DNA from: a virus
Strand: one strand, 5' to 3'
IMG/VR virus record: IMGVR_UViG_3300031088_000734
Length of the DNA: 64,000 nt
The notes below the pieces were generated by a model. It was not told the origin of the DNA and did not search any database. It saw only the letters and a list, made by a program, of their open reading frames with translations. A program made the position numbers and the translations under genes. Below are positions 47,537 to 56,757 of this stretch, in pieces. The stretch's first letter is position 1, and every line of letters begins with the position of its first letter.

Positions 47537-48622
47537 ATGTCTACGTTTAAAGCTACTGTTCTTTCAGTCATTGTTGAGCCACATCCTAACGCTGATGCGA
47601 TTGAACTGGCTCGCGTTGGTGATTTCTTTTCGATTATCCAAAAGGGATACTTGAAAACTGGCGACTTGGCTGTTTATATCCCAGAAGGTGCTCTTGTTCC
47701 TGAATTCATTCAAGAAGAAGTAGGTTGCCTTGGTAAATTGGCAGGTTCCAAGAAAAACCGTTTGAAACCATCTATGCTTCGTGGCGTCCTTAGCCAAGGT
47801 CTTTGCTTTAAGGCCCGTGAAGGCTGGGAAATCGGTGATGATAAAGCCGAAGAATTGGGTATCGTGAAATACGAAGCTCCTATTCCAGCATCCATGAATG
47901 GTGAGATTACCAACGTAGGCATTGAAAACACTTTCCACTTTGACATTGAAAACGTTAAACGCTACCCTGATGTATTGGTAGCAGGTGAAGAAGTCATTAT
48001 GACTGAAAAATTGCACGGCACGTTCACTGTTGCGGGTAGTGTGTATGGTAAAGATCCAATCCCACACACTGTTAATGGTCGCTCTTTCGTGAGTAGCAAA
48101 GGGTTCTTTAACAAAGGTTTGGTGCTTCGTGATAACGAACAAAATGCTCATAACATTTACATTCGTGTAGCGAAGAAATTTAACCTTTACGACATTACGG
48201 CTATCCTGTCAGACCGTTACAAAACCAACGCTTACATTTCAGGTGAAACGTTTGGTGCTGTTCAAGACTTGACTTATGGTCTTGAAGCTGGTGTGTTTGA
48301 TTTCCGTGTGTTCAACGTGTTCCTTGGAAATCGTAGTGATGCAAAAGGCGTGTTTGCAGTTAATGATGATGTGTTGGAAGAGATTCTTGCTGAATTCAAC
48401 TTGAAACGTGTGCCAGTGCTTTACAAAGGGCCATTCAGTAAAGAAGTGATGTTGAAACACACTGATGGTCTTGAAACCTACTCAGGTCAAGAAACGCACA
48501 TTCGTGAAGGGCTTGTTATTGAGCCACTTATTCAGCGTCGTGACCCAACTATTGGGCGTGTTGTCTTGAAAAGTGTTTCAACTGCTTACTTGTCGCGTAA
48601 AGGTGGCACTGAGCTTAACTAA
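47537..48622 (+). CDS. RNA ligase, DRB0094 / Rnl2-type with N-terminal OB-like domain
   Basis: HPNADAIEL...GDLAVYIPEG N-domain; TEKLHGT (motif I), GETFG, FDFRVFNV, REGLVI (IV), VLKSVS (V). Confidence 0.88.
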   Translation: MSTFKATVLSVIVEPHPNADAIELARVGDFFSIIQKGYLKTGDLAVYIPEGALVPEFIQEEVGCLGKLAGSKKNRLKPSMLRGVLSQGLCFKAREGWEIGDDKAEELGIVKYEAPIPASMNGEITNVGIENTFHFDIENVKRYPDVLVAGEEVIMTEKLHGTFTVAGSVYGKDPIPHTVNGRSFVSSKGFFNKGLVLRDNEQNAHNIYIRVAKKFNLYDITAILSDRYKTNAYISGETFGAVQDLTYGLEAGVFDFRVFNVFLGNRSDAKGVFAVNDDVLEEILAEFNLKRVPVLYKGPFSKEVMLKHTDGLETYSGQETHIREGLVIEPLIQRRDPTIGRVVLKSVSTAYLSRKGGTELN

Positions 48623-48636
48623 TTGCAATACTTATA

Positions 48637-48660
48637 GGAGCCTTCGGGTTCCTTTTTTTT
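48637..48660 (+). terminator. intrinsic terminator
   Basis: GGAGCC-TTCG-GGTTCC followed by T8. Confidence 0.85.
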
Positions 48661-48673
48661 TGAGGTTCTAATT

Positions 48674-49012
48674 ATGATTACCATGACATGCGAACAAATT
48701 AAAGCGGCTGTTGGTTTGGTGGCTTTAAAACATAACCTAGATATTCAATGGAGTTCCGAGGATTCTTTTACATGGATTACCATGTGGCGTGATGGCTTGA
48801 AATTCAAAGCAGCCGAAGCAGATCAGATTTCGCAAGAGATTGCAGACGCCAGTGGTTGTGACTTCTACTTAAACAAAATCATTGCTGATGGTTTTGAAGG
48901 TGCCTTAGATGCCTACTTCCGCAAAGTGTTGCCTGATGAAGTTCCAAAAAAATACATCGACTATGGTAATACACACATTGATGAATATGGCGAAAAATTC
49001 ATTGCCAAATAA
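48674..49012 (+). CDS. hypothetical protein
   Basis: 112 aa, GAGG RBS. Confidence 0.75.
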   Translation: MITMTCEQIKAAVGLVALKHNLDIQWSSEDSFTWITMWRDGLKFKAAEADQISQEIADASGCDFYLNKIIADGFEGALDAYFRKVLPDEVPKKYIDYGNTHIDEYGEKFIAK

Positions 49013-49045
49013 CGTATTTAAAGGAGCCGGGAGGTTCCTTTTTTA

Positions 49046-49696
49046 TTGCTGTCATGGTATAATAATTCATCAAATTATCAAGAGAACACCTTAATCATGA
49101 ACGAAAAAATTAGTCGCTTGCTCAACGCTTTTTATCACATCAGCTTTGATGGAACCGATTACTTCGCCATTTCACCTACAGTACCTCATGATGGCCTTTC
49201 AGAATTGGCTATTTGCATTGCTCATGATTGTGACATTCATGTTATGCCTTGCATGAATCCAGATGTCACTTCATTGCGTGATGCCGATGGCACCATGAAT
49301 GATATTTATCAAGACATGTTCTTTTCCTTTGAACAATATCCCACTCTGACAGGCTTTTTGAAAATTGCGGCCCGTGGTATTGGAATGGACAACATGATTG
49401 GTCGTATTACCAGTGGTGTGGATCTTAAAAATCCTGTTGAATTGATCAATGCAATTGTAGAAGAACAAGATTATCCAGATATTATTGAAGGCTTTGTCTA
49501 CTCTCGACTACAAGACGATAATGATGGTGAAGAGACTTCTACGTTGGACATCAGCTTTGACCGTATGGGAGCTTATGTGAAGGTTCGTTCTCTGGATAGC
49601 CTTCGTTATCGGACAAGCTATGGCGGCGGCAAAAGTGACCGTCTTCGTAACTCTTTGTTGTTGATTTGCTATATCATCCATCATAACCTTGTCTAA
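49046..49696 (+). CDS. hypothetical protein
   Basis: Track ORF 216 aa; ATG near 49097 (MNEKIS) is the likelier start. Confidence 0.75.
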   Translation: MLSWYNNSSNYQENTLIMNEKISRLLNAFYHISFDGTDYFAISPTVPHDGLSELAICIAHDCDIHVMPCMNPDVTSLRDADGTMNDIYQDMFFSFEQYPTLTGFLKIAARGIGMDNMIGRITSGVDLKNPVELINAIVEEQDYPDIIEGFVYSRLQDDNDGEETSTLDISFDRMGAYVKVRSLDSLRYRTSYGGGKSDRLRNSLLLICYIIHHNLV

Positions 49697-49746
49697 TCCA
49701 GTCTAAACTGCTATAATAGGCCATACTTTTTCATCGGAGATACATT

Positions 49747-50175
49747 ATGACTACTTTGCACAAAGGTTTCAACAAAATCATGGAAAGCGAATCTATCTTG
49801 AGTGGTAACGTTCACTCAACCGTTCAGCGTTCGATGTATGTTCGCGGTGTTCATAATGTTGAATGTAATGGTTATGATTTCAAGACAGGTGAACTACACC
49901 AGCGTGACATGAACATTTTTACTGATTGGATGCAGCGTCATGTTTGTGCTGATTACCTTGTTCGTGATGATTTCTACAAACGAGTGTCAGACCTCGCTTT
50001 CAAAGGTGATGTCTGCTTGTATATCTTCCACAGTTCGCCTAAATCGGCTGCTATTGCCATTGCGGTTTCGGATAAAACAGGTTTGCAATATTTCTACGAA
50101 CTCAAAGGCGACATTAAAAACCGCAGTATTGTCAACTACATTAAAAGTGAATTGAACACCAAAGGCTGGTTTTAA
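49747..50175 (+). CDS. hypothetical protein
   Basis: 142 aa, GGAG RBS. Confidence 0.8.
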   Translation: MTTLHKGFNKIMESESILSGNVHSTVQRSMYVRGVHNVECNGYDFKTGELHQRDMNIFTDWMQRHVCADYLVRDDFYKRVSDLAFKGDVCLYIFHSSPKSAAIAIAVSDKTGLQYFYELKGDIKNRSIVNYIKSELNTKGWF

Positions 50176-50267
50176 CTAGCCTTCATCTAGCTCCTAGTTG
50201 ATTTTTGACTTTTACTTAGATTATAGTATACTGAGTTGAAGTTAAAAGAAAACAACTAGGAGTATTT

Positions 50268-50768
50268 ATGTTAAAGAAAACCCTATTAGCGTGTCTTTTG
50301 ATCAGTAGTTCATTAGCTGTTCAAGCCGAAGAATTTGCACCTTTCGGAATCAAAATTGGAGAGACTAGCTCTTTCTATCCAAAAAATCTTCAACCCACTG
50401 TTCTTGAACCTGTTAAAGTTCAACCACCAGCCCCTGTTGATGACTTTTTTAATGAATACAACATTTACTTTAATGACGATCAATTGGTTCGCAAAGTAGA
50501 AGCGTCTGGTGATTTAACCTCTGGTAAATACAGTTGTGTCGATATTGCCAATTCACTCAATGATACATTCATCAAGACTTATAAAAACGCTCAACCGGGT
50601 GTTCAAAATGGTGCAATGTATGCGTACACTGTTGAAAGTGGAACAGACACTTATTCGGCTTATATCTCATGTGACGATACGTCTATTCATTATGTAATGT
50701 TCAATCCCGGTCTTGAAAAAATACGCGACAACATTGAAAATCCACCAAAACCAGATGTAAAATTGTAA
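50268..50768 (+). CDS. exported hypothetical protein
   Basis: 166 aa; signal peptide AVQA|; AGGAG RBS. Confidence 0.8.
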   Translation: MLKKTLLACLLISSSLAVQAEEFAPFGIKIGETSSFYPKNLQPTVLEPVKVQPPAPVDDFFNEYNIYFNDDQLVRKVEASGDLTSGKYSCVDIANSLNDTFIKTYKNAQPGVQNGAMYAYTVESGTDTYSAYISCDDTSIHYVMFNPGLEKIRDNIENPPKPDVKL

Positions 50769-50798
50769 CCTATTTTATTTTAAATAATTAGCCAGCCT

Positions 50799-51245
50799 TT
50801 GTGTTGGCTTTTTTGTTTTTTCTGTTATATTAAATATTTTAAGGAGAACAAAAAAATGTCAAGCATACCAAAATTAAGCGTTAGATTAAGTGACAACTAT
50901 AAATCTGCACTCGATGAAATTAAAACCGCTATTACTGATTTCAGAGCAATGGTTGAGTTGCATGATCCTTATATGGTTGAAATGGTTGTCAGAGATGGCT
51001 GTGTGGACAGTGATGAAAGTATTCCAGATGATTATGATTTTGAGTTGGATCAAGAATCTTTGTATATTAATATCTCGAATCTTCCTAAGCTAAAACAATG
51101 CACACCGGCTGAACTTAGTTTGTTAGAATATTCATTTAAAGATTCTGAATTGAAATTGTGGTTTTATGTTACGCATGATGATAAGTCTTTTCTCTTTATT
51201 CAAGCTCCATTGTCGCATATAATTGAGAATTCTAGGCACTATTGA
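50799..51245 (+). CDS. hypothetical protein
   Basis: Track ORF 148 aa; ATG near 50856 after AAGGAG is the likelier start. Confidence 0.75.
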   Translation: MCWLFCFFCYIKYFKENKKMSSIPKLSVRLSDNYKSALDEIKTAITDFRAMVELHDPYMVEMVVRDGCVDSDESIPDDYDFELDQESLYINISNLPKLKQCTPAELSLLEYSFKDSELKLWFYVTHDDKSFLFIQAPLSHIIENSRHY

Positions 51246-51676
51246 TGACTGACATTGTTCCTTTACTTCCAAAGCTGATACATACACATGCTATCACAAA
51301 AGCCATTGATACCATCACAGGCTTGATTACTGCTGTCCAATCGGCACATGACCTTTTTTCAAAAAAAGACATTATTGATAGAGCAACTGAAATGGATTAT
51401 CGTATGTATTATGAGAAAAAACTACCTAATGATATGTTATTCATTCCTATTCCTTTTGATATACTCAACATTTCAAACGCTGAAATTGAAGTGGTTAAAC
51501 GCCACTTTGAGATTAGATCCGGTATCGTTTTTTCAATCAAGAATATAAAAATTAAGCAGGATTATAATCACTGTATTGGATTTTCAATGGCTATTTTGTA
51601 TCCAGCACCAGAAAAAGTAGAGAAACCTGAACCTGTTAAAGAAGTCGCTAAGGTTCCAGCAAAAAAAGGAAAATAA
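51242..51676 (+). CDS. hypothetical protein
   Basis: 144 aa, coupled to upstream gene; Lys/Pro-rich tail. Confidence 0.75.
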   Translation: MMTDIVPLLPKLIHTHAITKAIDTITGLITAVQSAHDLFSKKDIIDRATEMDYRMYYEKKLPNDMLFIPIPFDILNISNAEIEVVKRHFEIRSGIVFSIKNIKIKQDYNHCIGFSMAILYPAPEKVEKPEPVKEVAKVPAKKGK

Positions 51677-51704
51677 AAACCCCGCTCTTGTGAGCAGGGC
51701 TTTT

Positions 51705-51910
51705 GGAATGAGGTAAGAGTGGCGATGAATTGCCGATAAAGAACCCTTATGATCCCCGCGATAAGACGGCCCTTGGTGGCTATAATATCACTGGTTACTT
51801 TTTATAACTCCCTTCCAGAATAACCACGACCAGTTAGGATGTTAGATTTTATATTAATACTGGCGACGAGGAAAAAATCTTCGAGACGTAAAAAACCTTT
51901 CGTCCAGTGA
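51705..51910. ncRNA. candidate structured non-coding RNA
   Basis: ORF-free, relatively GC-rich, with helices CTGGCGACGAGG/CCTTTCGTCCAG and ACTGGT/ACCAGT; family and strand unresolved. Confidence 0.3.
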
Positions 51911-52017
51911 ATTTTTTTTTAACAACTATGAAGTATACGGCCTGAAAAACTTCAATAAAAAAATCCGATATACTCAACCAAGATCTAAATCATATCACAA
52001 ATAATACCCTTGTCAAT

Positions 52018-52653
52018 TCAGCTATAACCAAGAATAACGTTGGTAGGTGCGTAGCTGGTTTTGTTCAATGACGGGAGATGTTTTACAATCTCTTCTGGCA
52101 CAACTACTTCAATCAGGTAGCATGATTCATTCTCAGTCATCATAAAATCTTGAAGTAGTCGAATAAATTCACGGCTGTCAAACAAGGCATTAGGCACAAA
52201 GACATTTCTATCTTCCAGCTTCAAAAAAGCTGGCTTGTTGATTTCTTCACCGACAATCAAGGTCAGGTATGTTTCATGTTGACGTGGCTCATGAAGACAG
52301 ACACCAATGTTTTTGCAAGCGGCCCAATAAGCGTCCTGAATGACACTGACTTCTTCAATATGATAAGGAAGCTTAAATGCAATGGTCTTTGCGGCCAAAC
52401 CTTTACCCACAGTAATAGTAAACACATCGTCATATTCTTCATTTATGAGTGCTTTAATTTCGCAGTAATGGATGGCGTTATTGATTACATCATCTTGCGA
52501 TGAGCCATGAAGCACACGATAATCCGATTCATGCCAAAAACGAATCCAAAACGCATCATCAGTAGATTGTTTGATTTTACTCTCATCAAAATCAATCTCA
52601 GGTTCATTTGCCAGAATCCAAGTCAGACGTTGTTCAGCCGTGTAGTTTTTCAT
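52018..52653 (-). CDS. hypothetical protein
   Basis: 211 aa, AAGG RBS. Confidence 0.8.
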   Translation of the reverse strand: MKNYTAEQRLTWILANEPEIDFDESKIKQSTDDAFWIRFWHESDYRVLHGSSQDDVINNAIHYCEIKALINEEYDDVFTITVGKGLAAKTIAFKLPYHIEEVSVIQDAYWAACKNIGVCLHEPRQHETYLTLIVGEEINKPAFLKLEDRNVFVPNALFDSREFIRLLQDFMMTENESCYLIEVVVPEEIVKHLPSLNKTSYAPTNVILGYS

Positions 52654-52799
52654 GTGATTTACCTTGTTGGAAATAGATGGTTATTATACCAATATTTGAG
52701 CAGATACGCAATTTTGTTTTTCTGTTTCAAAGTAATGTATTTACTTTTATTTTGTTTGTCGCTATGGTATAATTAGACATCCTTTTAGAGAGCTTAATT

Positions 52800-53393
52800 A
52801 TGTTCGACATTAAGTATACAGAATTCCATGACATCCGTAAGATGGCTAGCCTCATCAAACGTCATAAGTTGTTTGAAAAAGAGCACCGTTCAAGCCGCTT
52901 TGAAAACAATGCCAATGATATTTTGGCCGGTGATGAAATTCGCCCTATGGGTGATGTTAATTTTATCAAGATCAGCCATTTCTCTACAGTGGTTTGTCGT
53001 GTTGATAAAAAACCTGTTGGTTTGCTGGTGTTGGAACATTACATCGTTGATGACAAGATTGACCCAGCCTTTATGTTGAATCATAAAAAACGTCGTTACT
53101 CAATGATTGGTTTAGTGGGCACCTATGTGAAGCCAGAGTTTCGTAAACGGGGTATTGGTCATTCCATGATGAATCTTTTGAATGACAACCTTCAAGATTT
53201 TTATATCAGTGATGATACTCATGTACCGATGTTGGCGGCGACTGGGAAATCATTTGATTTGGTTCAGTCTGAAATGCCTTCGTTTTGTCCTGTTGTCGCA
53301 CCTTACAATGCGAACAAATGGAAAGACACTGCAAAGAGCTGGTATACTTACAGTCGTCGCAATACCGAAACAGATGTGGTAGAATTCGTTTAA
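52800..53393 (+). CDS. GNAT-family acetyltransferase
   Basis: YVKPEFRKRGIGHSMM acetyl-CoA-binding motif A. Confidence 0.75.
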   Translation: MFDIKYTEFHDIRKMASLIKRHKLFEKEHRSSRFENNANDILAGDEIRPMGDVNFIKISHFSTVVCRVDKKPVGLLVLEHYIVDDKIDPAFMLNHKKRRYSMIGLVGTYVKPEFRKRGIGHSMMNLLNDNLQDFYISDDTHVPMLAATGKSFDLVQSEMPSFCPVVAPYNANKWKDTAKSWYTYSRRNTETDVVEFV

Positions 53394-53419
53394 TTCTGCT
53401 ATAATACAACCACACATAT

Positions 53420-53719
53420 TTGAGGATTAAAGCCATGTTCAATAAAATTCTTTTTGGTCTTGGTGCGGCTTGGGCTTGGTTCTGGTATAACACCGTCACT
53501 CGCTTTCTGGTTGTCTTGATTCCAACTTATATGATTGCTGTTATTCCATTTTTCATCCATGTTGTGAAGGTTCCACCTTCTGATATGGCTAATTCATTAT
53601 CCGCCGTCTATTTGATAGTTTTTGGGTGGGCTGTTTTCGATAATGATTTTTCTAAACGTAAAAAATACGGCATTCCTGAACGGGTTTTCTTTAAGAAGAA
53701 AGCAAAAAAAGTCAAATAA
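53420..53719 (+). CDS. membrane protein
   Basis: 99 aa, 2-3 hydrophobic segments, basic tail. Confidence 0.75.
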   Translation: MRIKAMFNKILFGLGAAWAWFWYNTVTRFLVVLIPTYMIAVIPFFIHVVKVPPSDMANSLSAVYLIVFGWAVFDNDFSKRKKYGIPERVFFKKKAKKVK

Positions 53720-53751
53720 TTTATCTATTTCAGTCACTTTGGAGTTTTACT

Positions 53752-54012
53752 ATGATTTCGGAACCACTTAATTATTATGACGAACAGGTCATTGCTTTGG
53801 ATTTGACACGACTCTATAAGCGAGAACAAGAATTGTTGGCAGAAATGATTCAGAAGCAATCTACGGCAACTTCGATGGCTGAACAAAAACAAATTATGCA
53901 AGCCTATCGAGAAAAAGAAGACGTAATTAAATTTTCTGACCGCAAAGATGAAATTATGCGTCGTCAACAGGTCGCAAATGCTCGAAAAGATGCCGCTAAA
54001 ATCAAAAGTTAA
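53752..54012 (+). CDS. coiled-coil hypothetical protein
   Basis: 86 aa, GGAG RBS. Confidence 0.75.
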   Translation: MISEPLNYYDEQVIALDLTRLYKREQELLAEMIQKQSTATSMAEQKQIMQAYREKEDVIKFSDRKDEIMRRQQVANARKDAAKIKS

Positions 54013-54076
54013 TGATTGCGTTGTTTCATCATTTTTGTTATAATTATCGCATCTTAATCAACACGAGAATTCAATC

Positions 54077-54451
54077 ATGAAAATTGCACACGTTATTATT
54101 AAAGAAGCTGTCACTCATTTTCTGGCTAACCAGCCTATCAATAAGCTGATCAGTCAATTATTTCGTAATGGCAGACAAGTTCACGACGATTTTGAACCTT
54201 TTAAACAAGTGTCTTTTATGAAATTTGAAAATGGTGTGGGTACCCTGCGTCTGCATTGGAATGATATTATGCCGCGTGTCCTTGATCAGATTGAAAAACA
54301 TGATGACATGGATACTGTCTTTACCATTGAAGTTAAAGGTCTTGAAGCCGAAATCGTTGTAAGTTATGACAAGCCTTCGATGTGGTTTAACATCACTTCG
54401 AAGACATTTGATAATCTCTTTGCACTGGCCGTGGAACGGTCGAAGGAGTAA
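54077..54451 (+). CDS. hypothetical protein
   Basis: 124 aa ORF. Confidence 0.75.
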   Translation: MKIAHVIIKEAVTHFLANQPINKLISQLFRNGRQVHDDFEPFKQVSFMKFENGVGTLRLHWNDIMPRVLDQIEKHDDMDTVFTIEVKGLEAEIVVSYDKPSMWFNITSKTFDNLFALAVERSKE

Positions 54452-54453
54452 CT

Positions 54454-54882
54454 ATGGAATTTAGAGAATTTTTAGAAAAAGCCTCAGAAGAAGTCTCATT
54501 GCTGTCGAATAGCCAAGTTTTGTATGGTTATGTACCATCAGATAAGCTATCTTCGATGAGTGATGATGACCTTGAATCGCTTATTTTCGAGCGTTCATGG
54601 ATTTCGGGTGGATCAACAGGTAAAAGCTGCTGGGGTGGTGAAGCTTATAGCCGATCAGCAGATGCTCCCGAAGATATTACACCTGATGTCGCCAAAGTTT
54701 TGAAGGCTGTTGGTAAAGAAGATATCAGTTTTGTTGCTTACATGGCAGACATTCAGCCTTTGGTTCAATCAACTGATTTGTCTGATCACAGTGACTATTA
54801 TGGTAATTACACCACTTATTCGCGGGTTTATGTAAATTTGAAAGCGTTGTATGATGTGTTGTATGGCGAGCGAGCTGATTAA
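54454..54882 (+). CDS. acidic hypothetical protein, tandem paralog A
   Basis: WISGGSTGKSCW...DYYGNY...VNLKALYD, shared with the next gene. Confidence 0.8.
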   Translation: MEFREFLEKASEEVSLLSNSQVLYGYVPSDKLSSMSDDDLESLIFERSWISGGSTGKSCWGGEAYSRSADAPEDITPDVAKVLKAVGKEDISFVAYMADIQPLVQSTDLSDHSDYYGNYTTYSRVYVNLKALYDVLYGERAD

Positions 54883-54917
54883 TAGCTAACAATCCATAAT
54901 TAGAACCTATAAATCTT

Positions 54918-55361
54918 ATGCGATTATATAAGGAGAAAATTATGATTGAGTTTAAAGAGTTTGTAAAAAAAGCTATTGTGTTTGCAAATGTATCTGTTGA
55001 TGTGTTGCATTCACGGGATTACTCGTTAACCGAAGCCTGCGTCGAAGCGTTAGATGACAAAGTACTGGAAACTGCAGTGATTGAAAAAGTATGGGTTTCT
55101 GGTGGTGTTTCTGGCAACGATTGCTATGAATATTTGAATAGAGACGTAGAGAGTGAAGGCGAACAAGACATTGTACCAGAGGTTTTGGGCTTGTTGAAAA
55201 GTTTAGGTCGTGATGACGTTGACAGTTCATCTGTTAGTGGTTTGGTAGAGGCTTATAGCTTCGATGAAGAACCAGATTACTATTTCAACTACTACGAGTA
55301 TTCAAAAGTGTATGTCAGCTTGAAAGCGTTGTATGATAAGTTTTTGGCGAAAGCTGTATAA
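54918..55361 (+). CDS. acidic hypothetical protein, tandem paralog B
   Basis: WVSGGVSGNDCY...DYYFNY...VSLKALYD. Confidence 0.8.
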   Translation: MRLYKEKIMIEFKEFVKKAIVFANVSVDVLHSRDYSLTEACVEALDDKVLETAVIEKVWVSGGVSGNDCYEYLNRDVESEGEQDIVPEVLGLLKSLGRDDVDSSSVSGLVEAYSFDEEPDYYFNYYEYSKVYVSLKALYDKFLAKAV

Positions 55362-55486
55362 TTTATCAATTCTATCTGTCAAAGAAAAACCTCATTTCGG
55401 TGGGGTTTTTTGTTGTCTACTCCTTTCAATTCTGTTATACTGTTGATATTGACTTAATTTGCTAAGACAGCAAAGGAGAAAAACAC

Positions 55487-55720
55487 ATGAGTCGCGGCGA
55501 ATCCACTGAAATGATTTCAACCACATTCTATATCGGATGGTTTTACATGAGAACTGTTCGTGACTATTTGAATGATATCATTGAAAATAAAAAATGGCCG
55601 GTTCGCTATGAAGAATCCATTAGTTTCTTCGAAAACAAGTTTGTTTTGTATGGCCCACAACGTGACATTATGTATATTCATTCCAAAATTGAACATTATT
55701 TGAAAAATCTTCAGTTTTAA
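55487..55720 (+). CDS. hypothetical protein
   Basis: 77 aa, AAGGAG RBS. Confidence 0.7.
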   Translation: MSRGESTEMISTTFYIGWFYMRTVRDYLNDIIENKKWPVRYEESISFFENKFVLYGPQRDIMYIHSKIEHYLKNLQF

Positions 55721-55761
55721 CTCAAAAAAAAAAGAGTGTTATCCACTCCATTTTTTTTCTA

Positions 55762-56757
55762 TTAAATTTTTATACTTGCTTCAAAGTCTTTTTTCTTTTC
55801 AAATAACATCATAATAAATGATCGTTTTTCTGGATTAATTTCTCTCATTGCTTCATCAACACCTTTTGTCTTATAGGTATTGAGCAATTGTATGTCATAT
55901 TCATTTAATTTTGAAATTTTGTTATATTTATAAACTTTCGTCCAATAAAAATCATCACCTAATTTTTCTTTCAAGTAGCTTTCGTCCTTTAACTTATAAT
56001 TCGTAGACATTTTTTCAGCTAAGTCAAAAATTTCTTTGTTAGTTGTTTTGTTAATTAATGGATAATAGGTGATTGCGAGTATATCGGTATAATTGTTTGT
56101 TATTTTCTCAATAGTCGCAACACCATCATCTATTATCTCAGCCCCTAAAAGAGTAGGCTTATATTGATGGACTTGATAATCCACTTTTGTAAACTGTAAG
56201 CTTGCTTTGACGACTTGATTGGCTATATCAACTTTCAATATATTCTTTTGTAAATTTAGCATTAAAAAGACTGCTAGGCATGACATTGTTGTAATGAGCA
56301 CTAATTTCATGTTGAATGGTTGTTTTCTTTTTGCAAACAATGCAGCAACAAGTGGAACTAGTAAATAAAGCAAACTTATATTTTCAGGTGCATATTCATC
56401 AAATCTATAACTTTTTGGATGATTGATGTTGATTAATCTAATAATAAGATCAATCACAACAAAAAACAGTATTTGATATTTTAAACCTCTGGATATCATA
56501 ATAGACGTTGGGGTATTGCCTTTATGCAATAAGATTACAAGATAACTGGTTGCTAGTAGCCCAATATACATAATACTGTAATAGTAATCTATTTTTAATT
56601 TCCAGTATTCATATGGAGTTCCTAATTCATATTTAAAATTTCCAACTATGCTATAAAAATATCCAGCCGAATTTAACAATCCAAAATATCCGACAGCCAC
56701 AAACAAAACATTAACCAGTAAAAAGGTTAAGGCAACTCTATTATTTACTAGTTTCAT
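55762..56757 (-). CDS. polytopic membrane protein, tandem paralog A
   Basis: 331 aa, ~5 TM plus soluble C-terminal domain; KVDIAN, TLLGAE and YLKEKxGD shared with the neighbour. Confidence 0.8.
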   Translation of the reverse strand: MKLVNNRVALTFLLVNVLFVAVGYFGLLNSAGYFYSIVGNFKYELGTPYEYWKLKIDYYYSIMYIGLLATSYLVILLHKGNTPTSIMISRGLKYQILFFVVIDLIIRLININHPKSYRFDEYAPENISLLYLLVPLVAALFAKRKQPFNMKLVLITTMSCLAVFLMLNLQKNILKVDIANQVVKASLQFTKVDYQVHQYKPTLLGAEIIDDGVATIEKITNNYTDILAITYYPLINKTTNKEIFDLAEKMSTNYKLKDESYLKEKLGDDFYWTKVYKYNKISKLNEYDIQLLNTYKTKGVDEAMREINPEKRSFIMMLFEKKKDFEASIKI

